Both the position numbers and the translations under genes were made by a program. From Fervidobacterium sp. (GTDB lineage: Bacteria > Thermotogota > Thermotogae > Thermotogales > Fervidobacteriaceae): 64,000 bases of DNA. The DNA is taken from contig JBMFNR010000002.1 in the NCBI GenBank assembly GCA_049970055.1, positions 468,406 to 532,405 on the forward strand. The letters run 5' to 3'. The notes beneath the pieces are model-generated. The model did not search any database. It had not been told where the DNA came from and worked only from the letters and a program-made list of their open reading frames with translations. Positions 20,518-30,668 of this stretch are shown here, in pieces; the stretch's first letter is position 1, and each line of letters opens with the position of its first letter.

Positions 20518-20730
20518 ATGAAGATAGCTTTTGCCATATCCAATATATTTTTTATCGGTTTTGTGGTAACTCTTGCTGTTACGATAATATTTTTTGAAAT
20601 AAGTCTAAGGGCTTTGCGAAGTCAAAACGAAAGAAAATCAAAAGAGAGCAATAGACTTGGAATAAGGTGGCTTCTCATTTCCCTCGGGTTATTAGGCTTA
20701 TCTATTTTGTTTTCATTATTCAAATTCTGA
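20518..20730 (+). CDS. Small two-TM membrane protein
   Basis: Good RBS (ggagga), two hydrophobic helices. Confidence 0.7.
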   Translation: MKIAFAISNIFFIGFVVTLAVTIIFFEISLRALRSQNERKSKESNRLGIRWLLISLGLLGLSILFSLFKF

Positions 20731-20798
20731 AAGCACTTGTTTATAGGGGGATTTATGGTAAAATATTGTTAGTGTAAATTGATTTTGGGGGTGATTTA

Positions 20799-21254
20799 AT
20801 GGAACTTAAATTTTTAACATTCCATCTCGGAGAAGAAGTGTTTGCTATTAACATTATGAAAGTTGAACGAGTGAAGGAATATGAAAAGACGACAAAGATT
20901 CCAAATATCGCTGATTTTGTCGAGGGAATTATTAATCTAATGGGAGAGATTGTTCCTATAATCAACCTAAGGAAAAAGTTTATGCTAGAAGATTTTCAAA
21001 ACAAGGAAAAGACTAAGATAATAGTTGTTAAGCTTGACAACGGGAAAAAGGTAGGATTTTTAGTTGATGATGTAAGGGAAGTACTGACCGTTACAGAAGA
21101 TATGATTGATGAACCCCCATCGCATGCTGGCGGCATTTCAAATGTGAAGTTCATATCTGGTGTGATTAAACTCGAAAACGAGATGATACTGACACTCGAA
21201 GTTGACAATCTATTGACCTCCGGAGAGAAATTGGCGCTTGCCAATATTGGTTAA
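20799..21254 (+). CDS. cheW: Chemotaxis coupling protein CheW
   Basis: FVEGIINLMGEIVPIINL, VGFLVDDVREV. Confidence 0.93.
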   Translation: MELKFLTFHLGEEVFAINIMKVERVKEYEKTTKIPNIADFVEGIINLMGEIVPIINLRKKFMLEDFQNKEKTKIIVVKLDNGKKVGFLVDDVREVLTVTEDMIDEPPSHAGGISNVKFISGVIKLENEMILTLEVDNLLTSGEKLALANIG

Positions 21255-21267
21255 GTTATAAGCTATC

Positions 21268-21296
21268 TTGAAAAAATTAAAAGCTTATGATAAAAT
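21268..21296 (+). promoter_or_regulatory. Sigma70-type promoter for tRNA-Val
   Basis: TTGAAA-17 bp-TAAAAT with TG extension. Confidence 0.6.
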
Positions 21297-21335
21297 ATCA
21301 AGGGCTTGTCGTGGCTCTTGATATTTTTATATCCT

Positions 21336-21410
21336 GGGTGTGTAGCTCAGTGGAAGAGCACTTCCCTCACGAGGAAGGGGTCGTAGGTTCAATTCCTACC
21401 ACACCCACCA
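21336..21410 (+). tRNA. tRNA-Val(CAC)
   Basis: Cloverleaf; anticodon arm CTTCC-CT CAC GA-GGAAG; GGTTCAATTCC; CCA end. Confidence 0.95.
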
Positions 21411-21420
21411 AGGTCTTAAC

Positions 21421-21460
21421 AAAAAAGAACCGTAACAGTCGTATGTTACGGTTCTTTTTT
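21421..21460. terminator. Bidirectional terminator
   Basis: aaaaaagaaccgtaaca...tgttacggttctttttt. Confidence 0.85.
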
Positions 21461-21478
21461 CGAATTGTCTTTTTAAAG

Positions 21479-22747
21479 TTACGCTCTCCCTGTCCATATT
21501 TTGATGAGATTTTTAAAAGTTAAAATCAAAAAGTAAGTTGCGACAGCGATAATTACGGTTATCAGCTCACGATAAAAGACTACGTATATGGGTGCTTTAA
21601 TATGGCAGAAGGAATTAAAAGTTGAAACAAGACCTAAGGTACCAAAGAAGGCGAAAACCGAATTTATGAAAGGGTTTTCTAAGTCTGTTGCCAGTAAAAG
21701 CATCGGTAAGAAAATTAGTTCTTTGATGCGTGGCCTTATAATGAATATGTTTTCTAAAGTCATCCTGACTTTTTCTTCGAATGCAGTCACGAAACCATAA
21801 TTTCCACTTCTTAAAATCACATAAACAACAACCGGCAAGGCTATGATTGAAAAAACAACCATCTGCTTTCTTGTTACCAGCTGTTCCCTTCTCAATTTAG
21901 TAAATTCGATTAAAAATACGGTAATGGGAAGTAAGATGAGAGACAATTTTACGCCACGGTACGTTTCGAGGTCATTTAAGTAGTCAAAGGAGTAAAGTGA
22001 AAAATTAGTTAATGTTCCAAGTATAACAAAGTTGACGATTTTTGTGAATTTATCTTTTGTCGAATAGTAACAAACAATTGTTCCAAGTATACTAAACATA
22101 CTTACGTAAAGCCAATAGCTTTTGAAAAATAGGAAAAAAATGATTGCTAAAGGCATTTGTAATGATACAAATACTCCAAGTAAGAGGCCAAAAATTTTGT
22201 TGTTCCAATCAGTATTGTCGGGTTTGGGTATTGTTGTAGATACCTGGAAGAAATTTTTGAACATATCGAATGCGTCGATTGATGTTTTTGAATATGGGAT
22301 TACTATTACTTCAACACTTCTTTCAACAACGGCTCTCCAAAACCTTTTGAAGAGTGTGTAAGCATTGTACTTTGTTATTTCTTCCGGTTTTATGTAATGT
22401 ACTTTAACTATGTTTTTGTATTTTGTTGTTTTATAGAATTCTTTGATAAAGTTCTCCTCTCCATAGAATTCAAGGTTTCCAACGTATCTTCCGTTGACTT
22501 TTTTATAGAAGTCTTCTGTGGTCTCTTTAATACCTTTCATTGGAATTATCAGCTGTACGTCATTTGAGATATTTTCTTTCCCTGTGTAGAATAAAACTCG
22601 ACTGTCGTCCTCAAAAAACACTGCGACAGCAGTGTTAGCTTTATCAATGGGAATACGAAAAAATATTAAACCAAGGACAATCAAGGAAAAAATCGTGACT
22701 ACTATATTTATGTAATTTTCGCGTTTTGGTAACAGCGGAAATTTCAA
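21479..22747 (-). CDS. DUF5693-like membrane protein
   Basis: RAVVER, YRGVKL, RPRIKE, NSFCHIKAP motifs; many TM helices. Confidence 0.7.
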   Translation of the reverse strand: MKFPLLPKRENYINIVVTIFSLIVLGLIFFRIPIDKANTAVAVFFEDDSRVLFYTGKENISNDVQLIIPMKGIKETTEDFYKKVNGRYVGNLEFYGEENFIKEFYKTTKYKNIVKVHYIKPEEITKYNAYTLFKRFWRAVVERSVEVIVIPYSKTSIDAFDMFKNFFQVSTTIPKPDNTDWNNKIFGLLLGVFVSLQMPLAIIFFLFFKSYWLYVSMFSILGTIVCYYSTKDKFTKIVNFVILGTLTNFSLYSFDYLNDLETYRGVKLSLILLPITVFLIEFTKLRREQLVTRKQMVVFSIIALPVVVYVILRSGNYGFVTAFEEKVRMTLENIFIIRPRIKELIFLPMLLLATDLENPFINSVFAFFGTLGLVSTFNSFCHIKAPIYVVFYRELITVIIAVATYFLILTFKNLIKIWTGRA

Positions 22748-23685
22748 TTCTTACCACTCTCCATTTTCAGTAATCGCAAGGTGTTTAGTAGATCATCACT
22801 TATTTTTGCGCTGATATCGTACGTTTTGCCTTCAAATTCAAAAATCATTCTACTGCAATGCAAAAATTGCCTTTTCAGGCTGTATCTTTTTGAAAATTCC
22901 CGATTGAGTTTGAAATTACCGTAGTCTTTATCGCAAACTATGGGGAAGCCTACTGATGAAAGATGCTTTCTAATTTGGTGTTTCCTACCAGTTTCTATTT
23001 CAACATCAACATGTGTTAACTCCGTTATTTCATTTCCGAGCTTAATTTTAAAATACTCTATTGGTTTCACGTGACTTACCGCTTCCTGTCCATCGACTGG
23101 TTCATCTATTGTAATTTGTTCAATTTTTCCAAAAACAAGTGCACTGTAAATTTTTTCAACATTTCGAGAGGATATTATTTCACTTAAAATTCTTGCAGTA
23201 TTTCTATTTTTTGCAACTATCAAAACACCAGAAGTTTCTTTATCAAGTCTATGGACAAGGAAAGGTTCGAACCCATTAGTCTGTCCGTAATGCATTAACC
23301 CTTCGATTAGTGATGGTTTGTTAACATTTTTCCCTGGATGAACGGACAATCCCGCTGGCTTGTTAACTGAGATGATCTTTTCATCCTCGTATATGATCTC
23401 TAAATCTAACTTTGCTGGTCTAAGATCTGTGTAATTCCTCTTGTAGTTTTCTATTTCCTCGTTTATAACTTCTACGATATCACCTATATTCAATTTCGTA
23501 GACGGTTGCTTAATCTTCTTACCATTTACAAGAACCTTGCCAGTTCGCAAGAACTTATAAATAGCACTTAATGGCACATTTTTTAAAGCTTTGCGCAAAA
23601 ATTTATCTACCCTTGAAAAGTAGTTGTCTTCGTTTATAATCCACCTAAGTTGGTTATCTTTTACCATGGATGCACCTGCCTTCAC
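22744..23685 (-). CDS. RluA/RluC family pseudouridine synthase with S4 domain
   Basis: NKPAGLSVHP, HRLDKETSG, TGRKHQIR. Confidence 0.93.
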   Translation of the reverse strand: MKAGASMVKDNQLRWIINEDNYFSRVDKFLRKALKNVPLSAIYKFLRTGKVLVNGKKIKQPSTKLNIGDIVEVINEEIENYKRNYTDLRPAKLDLEIIYEDEKIISVNKPAGLSVHPGKNVNKPSLIEGLMHYGQTNGFEPFLVHRLDKETSGVLIVAKNRNTARILSEIISSRNVEKIYSALVFGKIEQITIDEPVDGQEAVSHVKPIEYFKIKLGNEITELTHVDVEIETGRKHQIRKHLSSVGFPIVCDKDYGNFKLNREFSKRYSLKRQFLHCSRMIFEFEGKTYDISAKISDDLLNTLRLLKMESGKN

Positions 23686-23706
23686 TACATCTTGATGAGT
23701 CTAAAA

Positions 23707-24363
23707 TTACAACAGATGTTTGTCAAGCAGCTCAGCAATTATCGTTGATGGTAAACTTGCGAATTTTCGGAAATTTTGCTCATACTCAATCTGAGCGTGT
23801 TCTTCACTTGTATCAACGATAACCTTCAGTGAGCAAAATTCTACACCATTTTGAGCACAGACTTTTGCCATTGCTGCACTGTCCATATCAGCGGCAAGAG
23901 CATTGAATTTTTTGTAAAGTGTTTCTTTTGCAATTTTGCTGCTTACCAGGAAGTCTCCACTTACGATTGGTCCAAAAACGATATTTGGATAGATATCAAG
24001 AATTTTTTCAAGGAGCTTTCCAGAAGCGTGTATAGGCGTTATATCACCAGCCTGGAAGTCGTGTTCATAATAATTATTGCCACATACGATATCTCCTATT
24101 TTTAATCTTGGATCAATAGCTCCAGCGGATCCGCAATGAATAATGTATCCTGGGTTGAATTTGTCTATAATAGCTTGGGTTAACATTGCACTTTCGACTT
24201 TGCCAATGAAGCCGTATACTGTAACTATTTCGTTCCCGCCTATTATTCCCCGCGAAAAATTCCTTTTGACGATTTCTCCATTTTCAAGAAGGGGGAGTAA
24301 ATCTCTGAAGACTCCAATAATTTCTTCCTTCAAAACTCCTGTTACGACAACCATATTCTCCAC
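23707..24363 (-). CDS. mtnN: MTA/SAH nucleosidase family protein
   Basis: IGKVESA, GSAGA, SGDF, DMDSAA. Confidence 0.8.
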   Translation of the reverse strand: MENMVVVTGVLKEEIIGVFRDLLPLLENGEIVKRNFSRGIIGGNEIVTVYGFIGKVESAMLTQAIIDKFNPGYIIHCGSAGAIDPRLKIGDIVCGNNYYEHDFQAGDITPIHASGKLLEKILDIYPNIVFGPIVSGDFLVSSKIAKETLYKKFNALAADMDSAAMAKVCAQNGVEFCSLKVIVDTSEEHAQIEYEQNFRKFASLPSTIIAELLDKHLL

Positions 24364-24380
24364 CTCGATTTAGCTGGAGC

Positions 24381-24848
24381 CTATTTTCCACCCCTTATTG
24401 CCGCGTGTATTTCAACATCTTCACTTTCAAATAGCGTAGCTGGGAGCTTTATTATTATCCCTTCCGTTGTTATTTTCATTCCTTCACCAGTTATTACCGT
24501 TGGTGGAGTTATATCTATCTTGTGCCCGAGTTTTTCCAGATTCATAGCTATGCCTCCAGATGTCATGTTTCCCAGCTCACCGATAGCACTGAGTGATAGT
24601 TCATCTAAGGTGTTGTACTCCATTCCCATCATCCTTGAAACTATCGAAAGTGCCGTCTTTTCGTTGAATGCGTAAATGAAATTTCCTTCAATATCGCCTG
24701 TAAACCCTATAACTGTCACAATGTTGTATTTCGGAACAATCTCTTTGACAGCAAGAGGTTTTCCAAACTGGGGTTTGAGTTGAAGAACGGCTTCATACGT
24801 ACTTTGTGCTGAAGAAAGAATCGTATTGATAATTCTCACATCAACCAT
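24381..24848 (-). CDS. cheX: CheY-P phosphatase CheX
   Basis: IGFTGDIEG, SAIGELGNM, DITPPTVI. Confidence 0.92.
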   Translation of the reverse strand: MVDVRIINTILSSAQSTYEAVLQLKPQFGKPLAVKEIVPKYNIVTVIGFTGDIEGNFIYAFNEKTALSIVSRMMGMEYNTLDELSLSAIGELGNMTSGGIAMNLEKLGHKIDITPPTVITGEGMKITTEGIIIKLPATLFESEDVEIHAAIRGGK

Positions 24849-25641
24849 TTTTCACAACCTCCCAAAATTTATCAATATCAGTATCGTACGTGTATCTTCC
24901 CATTTTACCCTCGGACAATTCTTTAAAAAACAACATTCTCGCTTTTTCTAGATCTGCTTCACCACCTTTTCTTAATAATCCACGTTTCCTTGCGTAGCTG
25001 TCAAGAAACGTATAAAGCTCACCATCCACCTTAGCCACTTCCTTATATATATTGAATGCAACTTCGTATATTTCGTCGCTCAAATTTTCAACGGGTATTG
25101 AGCCGATAAGTAACAGCTTTGCCATGACTTCTTTTGAGTAGAGTTCAGAGTATAAGATTCCGGGAGAATCAAGGACAACAATTCCGTCGGTACTTATCCA
25201 TTGAACTCCGCGTGTTATTCCCGGTTGTGCACCTGTTTTTGATCGGTGTCTGCCAAGAATTTTGTTTATTATGGTAGATTTTCCAACATTCGGTACACCG
25301 ACAACTACCAGATGCACATTAGACCTGATTGTTGAGCTCTTTATAAATTTAACCAGGTCCTTTCTATTAGTTTCCTTATTGACAAGCATGGTAGGGAATA
25401 CCTTTGATATCTCTGCGTACCACAGTTCATTGTATCTTTCATCTGCAAGATCAGATTTGTTCAGTAAAATTATTTTTTCTTTATCCTTAAACATATTCAT
25501 TTCAAAACTCGTTGTAGCAACAGGTGTTCTAGCGTCCAAAACGATTATCACGATGTCTATTTTCTTCAAATTTTCCCTAATCTGCCTTTTCGCCTTTTGA
25601 ACGTGTCCAGGGTACCAGACATTTACCTTCTCTTCACTCAC
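24841..25641 (-). CDS. rbgA: Ribosome biogenesis GTPase RbgA/YlqF
   Basis: WYPGH, LDAR, NKSDL, GVPNVGKS, PGITRG, DSPG. Confidence 0.95.
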   Translation of the reverse strand: MSEEKVNVWYPGHVQKAKRQIRENLKKIDIVIIVLDARTPVATTSFEMNMFKDKEKIILLNKSDLADERYNELWYAEISKVFPTMLVNKETNRKDLVKFIKSSTIRSNVHLVVVGVPNVGKSTIINKILGRHRSKTGAQPGITRGVQWISTDGIVVLDSPGILYSELYSKEVMAKLLLIGSIPVENLSDEIYEVAFNIYKEVAKVDGELYTFLDSYARKRGLLRKGGEADLEKARMLFFKELSEGKMGRYTYDTDIDKFWEVVKNG

Positions 25642-25663
25642 GAAACCACCACTTTCAATTTTT

Positions 25664-26374
25664 TCAAACCTTTGGGACGACTAGAGTGCCAACGTTTTCG
25701 CCTCTTATAGCTTTTGAGAGGTTACCATTTTCGAAAAAATTCATGACCAATATAATCATGTTATATCTTTTACATATGGAAAACGCTTCTGTATCCATTA
25801 TTTTTAGATTTTTCTCTATGGCTTCATCGTATGTTATCACACTGTACTTTTTAGCGTCATCGTAAAGTTTTGGGTCTTTGTCGTATATCCCCTCCACTTT
25901 TGTACCTTTGATCAAAAGCTCAGCTTTCATTTCGACAGCTCTGAGTGCAGCGCCAGTGTCTGTTGTGAAAAATGGATTGCTCGTACCACCTGCAAAAATA
26001 ACGACGTAACCTGCGTCAAAATACAGATCAATATCATCGTAGTTGATGAGTTTCACGGATGGAAGAGTGACTATCTGCGAGACAACCACAGTTCTAATCC
26101 CTGCATTTTCGAATCTATCTTTCAAATAAAGAGCATTTATGACTGTTCCAAGCATTCCTATCTGATCGGAAATGGTAGGCCTTAATCCATCAAAATCCCT
26201 TCCACGGAAAAGATTACCAGCACCTATGACTATTCCAAGTTTAGTACCAAATTCTGAGATTTCCTTTATCTCCTTGATTAAATATTCAACATGTTCCTCA
26301 CTGAAACCTTTTTGCGATTCACCACTTAGGACTTCTCCGCTGAGTTTTAAGAGTACACGTTTGTACATCCTCAT
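25664..26374 (-). CDS. pyrH: UMP kinase
   Basis: RVLLKLSGE, GAGNLFRG, NPFFTTDT, YDKDP. Confidence 0.97.
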   Translation of the reverse strand: MRMYKRVLLKLSGEVLSGESQKGFSEEHVEYLIKEIKEISEFGTKLGIVIGAGNLFRGRDFDGLRPTISDQIGMLGTVINALYLKDRFENAGIRTVVVSQIVTLPSVKLINYDDIDLYFDAGYVVIFAGGTSNPFFTTDTGAALRAVEMKAELLIKGTKVEGIYDKDPKLYDDAKKYSVITYDEAIEKNLKIMDTEAFSICKRYNMIILVMNFFENGNLSKAIRGENVGTLVVPKV

Positions 26375-28824
26375 CCCTCCAGATACGATATGCTTGCAAC
26401 ATTGCCAAGGTAATCAAGTATCCTCTTATCGCTTGTTAAAAGTATGATTTGTCTGTAATTGGATTCCTTTTTGAGAAAATCGCATACTTTTTTTAATCTA
26501 ACATCATCGAATCTAATGAGTGTATTGTCGATAACCAGAGGGATGTTGTCGTTGTAAAACGCTTTGTAAAGAGCTATTTTAATACCAAATATCAATAAGT
26601 CTTTTGTTGAGCCGCTGAGATATTCGCTTGGTTCTTCGAGATCGCCTTCAACAAGGATTTTTATAGAAAGTTCGGGCGTTATAAGGAAATTTCTTGGCTG
26701 GGCAGATACGTAATTGAAGAATCGAGTGAATTCGTCGCTGAAGCTCTTGTGATAGCTTTCGACGAAATTAGAATAATTTTCTTTGAGATACTCATGTATT
26801 TTTGGTATGTAACTGCTGATAGTAGCTACTAAAGAGATTTTGAACTTTATTTCATCTTTCTTCACCAAAAGTGCTTGAAGAGCTTCTTTGTCAACATATA
26901 CGTTTTTCAGCCTTTCCGAGATGTGATCAATTTCGGCGGTAAGTTCTTCTATCTGCTTTTTAAGAGCTTCAAGGTTGGACTTAAGTGAATATACCTGCTT
27001 GTCGCTGTCTTCATTTTCTATTTCACTTTGTAAATTTTTCAACTGCACCGTATACTCTGATAACAAGGTTTTTAGAGATTGATATTCTTCGAATCTTTGC
27101 CGATAGCTTTCAACATCTTGCCTTTTAACGTTTACACTTCTTAACATCTGCTCAAGATTATCAATTAGCATTTTCAATTCTTTTTGCTTTGATACTTTAT
27201 CGTTTCGAATTTGCTCTAATTTACGTGCGAGTGATTCTTTTTCATAGATAAGTTCTTGGACTTCTTTGAACGTTTTTTGGAGATTTTCAACAGCACTGAC
27301 AATCATTTGTGCGTATCCGTTAACGTTGAATTTTGCAAGCTCTTTTATAATCTCTTGTTCGATCTCTTTCAATTCGATAAGTTTTTTCTGCTTTTCAAAA
27401 TTAGATGCTTTCCACTCAATAAATTCCGAGTATTTTTTGCGTAAGTCTTTTAAATCTTTTATGTTGTACTGCAATAATAATTTCCATATCTGTGGTCTTT
27501 CTGGTTGTTTTATCGTAATTTCGACGAGCCTTTCTTGAAGAACTGATAACTTTGCCGCATTTGATTTGGATTTGACCCAGAATAATATAGCTAAACCATT
27601 GAAGATAAGAGATGGGCTGTACATAAAAATGGATATCTTACTGAACAATAAACCAAGAGTAAGTAAAACGATACCAGCTAGAGCAGACACTAAGGAAATA
27701 TCTTTCAAGTATTTTGCTCTGCTTTCAGTTTTTTCAATCTGTATTTGCAAGTCGTTTTTCTCTTTCTCGATTATATTTTTTGTTTCTTGGTATTTTTGCT
27801 CTTCATCTTCGGCACGCTCTATCAATTGTGGGTCTTGCATAAATATTTGCCAGAGTGGATCTTCAGTGTTTGTTTGCTGTATACCCTCTCCATACATTTT
27901 TGACAAAAGAGAAAGATGCTTCAACCTTAAGCTTACATGCTCAAGGTCTTCTTCAGATGTGACATTAAGGATTTTGAGTTTTGAATTGACGTTTTCTGAT
28001 TTTGCTTCTATGATTTCTGCAAGCGCTTTCTCTTCATCTGAGAGTTTATCGAGTTCCGTTTTTAAATTCTCTATCTTTAGAATTAACGCAGAAATTTCAA
28101 AGATGGTATTTTGATCGACTTGCTCGATCCATCTTAGTTTTGAAAGTTCCGATTTTATTTCTTCGATACTATCTTTTAATCGCTTTATTTCTTTAAGCAG
28201 CTTTTCTTGTCTTTCTTTTCGAAGTGCTTCGAGCTTTTCATTTTCAGCTAACAGCTTACTTTTTGTTTCTTCTAAGAGCTTTGAAACACCTTTCATTTCT
28301 AAAATAAGTTTATTTCTTAAATCTATGTTTTGCTTAATCTGCTGTATTTGCCTTTCTACAGCTTCCAGTTCATCTGATAATTTTAAAATGCACTTGTCAA
28401 GTTTCAATTCTTCAAGTCTTTGGATAGTACTTTTTATTATCCTTCCTTTTTCTGTTCTTTCACTTTTCTTTCTTAAGGAACTTTCTATAATACTTTTATC
28501 CACTTTAAAGTTTTCAAGGTCGTCATCTTCCATCAGAAATGCTATACTCTCTAAAGTACTCTTTTCATAATTTTTTTCCGATGTTTGCCCAAATGTAAAG
28601 TTACCCTCAGAGGTTTCCATTATTCCCCCAAATTTTTCACTATTCCACGGTTTGAACTTCAAACTTTCGCTATGTGGTCCAGATAATGTGTAAAGCATAA
28701 ATTTTGCAAGTGTAGTCTTCCCACTTTCATTAGGTCCTGATACTATGTTCATTCCAGGTGTAAATATAAACTCTCTATCGATGAGTTTTCCAAAACCATC
28801 AATTTTGACCTTTCTTATAAACAT
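26371..28824 (-). CDS. YhaN-like SMC/Rad50-type ATPase with coiled coils and a central TM hairpin
   Basis: GFGK, GPNESGKTT, coiled coils, LSGSTK signature, PLVIDN Walker B. Confidence 0.85.
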   Translation of the reverse strand: MFIRKVKIDGFGKLIDREFIFTPGMNIVSGPNESGKTTLAKFMLYTLSGPHSESLKFKPWNSEKFGGIMETSEGNFTFGQTSEKNYEKSTLESIAFLMEDDDLENFKVDKSIIESSLRKKSERTEKGRIIKSTIQRLEELKLDKCILKLSDELEAVERQIQQIKQNIDLRNKLILEMKGVSKLLEETKSKLLAENEKLEALRKERQEKLLKEIKRLKDSIEEIKSELSKLRWIEQVDQNTIFEISALILKIENLKTELDKLSDEEKALAEIIEAKSENVNSKLKILNVTSEEDLEHVSLRLKHLSLLSKMYGEGIQQTNTEDPLWQIFMQDPQLIERAEDEEQKYQETKNIIEKEKNDLQIQIEKTESRAKYLKDISLVSALAGIVLLTLGLLFSKISIFMYSPSLIFNGLAILFWVKSKSNAAKLSVLQERLVEITIKQPERPQIWKLLLQYNIKDLKDLRKKYSEFIEWKASNFEKQKKLIELKEIEQEIIKELAKFNVNGYAQMIVSAVENLQKTFKEVQELIYEKESLARKLEQIRNDKVSKQKELKMLIDNLEQMLRSVNVKRQDVESYRQRFEEYQSLKTLLSEYTVQLKNLQSEIENEDSDKQVYSLKSNLEALKKQIEELTAEIDHISERLKNVYVDKEALQALLVKKDEIKFKISLVATISSYIPKIHEYLKENYSNFVESYHKSFSDEFTRFFNYVSAQPRNFLITPELSIKILVEGDLEEPSEYLSGSTKDLLIFGIKIALYKAFYNDNIPLVIDNTLIRFDDVRLKKVCDFLKKESNYRQIILLTSDKRILDYLGNVASISYLEG

Positions 28825-29363
28825 AGTTCTTCACCTCTAAGAAGCTTCAAGATGACGTATTTTTCACCGACATTACTGAGATTGTTTATTAAGCTTGACT
28901 CTAAAAAGTTTTGGGGCATCACATCTACTACGTAAGTTTTCACATTCTCGCCTTTTCTTTCCGTTGTGAAATTCTCTATTACATAAAAGCATGTTGTGTA
29001 ATTGCATACTAGTTTTTCCGGAGTTGATAATTTGTATAATCCTACTGTTTCAACGCTATCTAAAACTTGAACGGTACCATCAACTTTTATCTGAGGTATG
29101 TTATTTACCGGTGACGAGTTGAAGTCCGTGTACACCTCTTCGTGAATCAATTCGAAATTTTTCAAGATGCCGCTCAATATCTGCTCTACATCTTCAATCA
29201 AACCGCATTCTCCAAGGATATTGTAAAATACAAAATTTGCATCTGGGTAAAGCTTTGACAGATGCAAAAGAAGGTTCATTTTACATTGGAAAATTGTTTC
29301 TCTAAATTCTTCAAAGCCTTCATGGTATTCAAAAAGTTTCAAGTTGCTTACTTCTACGATCAC
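28815..29363 (-). CDS. Hypothetical protein overlapping the start of the SMC-like ATPase
   Basis: 182-aa ORF with RBS gggagg; no recognisable motif. Confidence 0.65.
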   Translation of the reverse strand: MIVEVSNLKLFEYHEGFEEFRETIFQCKMNLLLHLSKLYPDANFVFYNILGECGLIEDVEQILSGILKNFELIHEEVYTDFNSSPVNNIPQIKVDGTVQVLDSVETVGLYKLSTPEKLVCNYTTCFYVIENFTTERKGENVKTYVVDVMPQNFLESSLINNLSNVGEKYVILKLLRGEELCL

Positions 29364-29428
29364 CGATCATTCCTCCCGGTTGTGAAAGTAAAATAAAGTA
29401 AAATATTGAAAAATATTAAAGCCGGATA

Positions 29429-30664
29429 CTACAAAATTTGAGCAGCTAACGATGCAAGATCCGATCGTTCACCTTTGCTTAGTACAATATGGCAAGCGAT
29501 TTTTTGACCCCTAAACCTTGAAGCGGCGTGTACAAGTCCGTTACTACTTTCATCAAGGTAAGGTGTGTCAATCTGATACGGATCGCCTGTTAAAACAACT
29601 TTCGTTCCTTCTCCCGCCCTTGTGAGTATTGTTTTTACTTCCAAAGGTGTAAGGTTTTGGGCCTCATCGATAATTATAAATTGCCTAGGTATTGAGCGAC
29701 CTCTTATGTACGTTAAAGCTTCTAATTTGATAATATCTTTCTTCATTATTTCTTTGAAGCTTAGATTATTAAGTCTGCAAAGGTATTCTAAATTATCCAT
29801 AACACCGCCCATCCATGGAGATATCTTTTCTTCCAAAGCACCCGGGAGATAACCAATATCTTTTCCCCCCATGGGCACAAGCGGTCTTGCGACGACGACG
29901 TTATCGTACACCCCTTCGCTAAGCGTTTTCTGGAGTGCAGCGGCTAGTGTTAAGAACGTCTTCCCTGTGCCCGCTATACCTATCAAGGAAACTAATTTTA
30001 TTTCGTCATTTAAAAGAGCATCAAGCGTAAATAACTGTTCTTTGTTCCTTGGACTAACGTTGAACACTTTCAATTTTGGATCAACTTCGATGTACCTTTC
30101 CCCATCGAACCTATAGTACTTATCAGTTGTCTCAACGTAAACGTTAGGTTCGGGATTTTCTCTTATATCGTCAATTCTATGTACGGATATATAGCCCGGT
30201 GGGAGTACTGAGAGATCACTTTTATCTGTTAGATAATCTTCGGCAGAAATTCCCAGCGCAGCTGCTTTAATTCTTAGGCTTATATCTTTCGAAACTATAA
30301 TCGTTGGCTCTTTTCTGCTTCCCTTTAAATACATCGCGTATGTGATTATCCAATTATCCACGTATTTTTCAAATAAAAATTTGACTTGATGCCTGTCAAA
30401 ATCTGTTTCATTTAAAACCGGGATGGTGACAGTCCCACCTGTATCAAGTTTTATGCCATTGTGGATATCTCCTTTTTCTCTCAATTCATCGAGAAGCCGT
30501 ATCGCAAAACGAGCACTTTTCCCCACCCTTCCTTGCTCTCTTTTAAGTTTGTCAAGTTCTTCTATGACCGGTAGTGGAATGAATACATTGTTATCTTCGA
30601 AAGAGTAAATTGCTTCTGGATCATGTATTAAAACGTTTGTATCGAGCACATAGTTTTTTATCAT
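29429..30664 (-). CDS. PIN-PhoH fusion (PhoH2)
   Basis: YVLDTNVL PIN domain, GIAGTGKT, IGYLPG, YIRGRS, IIDEAQN; likely ATG at 30664. Confidence 0.93.
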   Translation of the reverse strand: MIKNYVLDTNVLIHDPEAIYSFEDNNVFIPLPVIEELDKLKREQGRVGKSARFAIRLLDELREKGDIHNGIKLDTGGTVTIPVLNETDFDRHQVKFLFEKYVDNWIITYAMYLKGSRKEPTIIVSKDISLRIKAAALGISAEDYLTDKSDLSVLPPGYISVHRIDDIRENPEPNVYVETTDKYYRFDGERYIEVDPKLKVFNVSPRNKEQLFTLDALLNDEIKLVSLIGIAGTGKTFLTLAAALQKTLSEGVYDNVVVARPLVPMGGKDIGYLPGALEEKISPWMGGVMDNLEYLCRLNNLSFKEIMKKDIIKLEALTYIRGRSIPRQFIIIDEAQNLTPLEVKTILTRAGEGTKVVLTGDPYQIDTPYLDESSNGLVHAASRFRGQKIACHIVLSKGERSDLASLAAQIL

Positions 30665-30668
30665 ACAC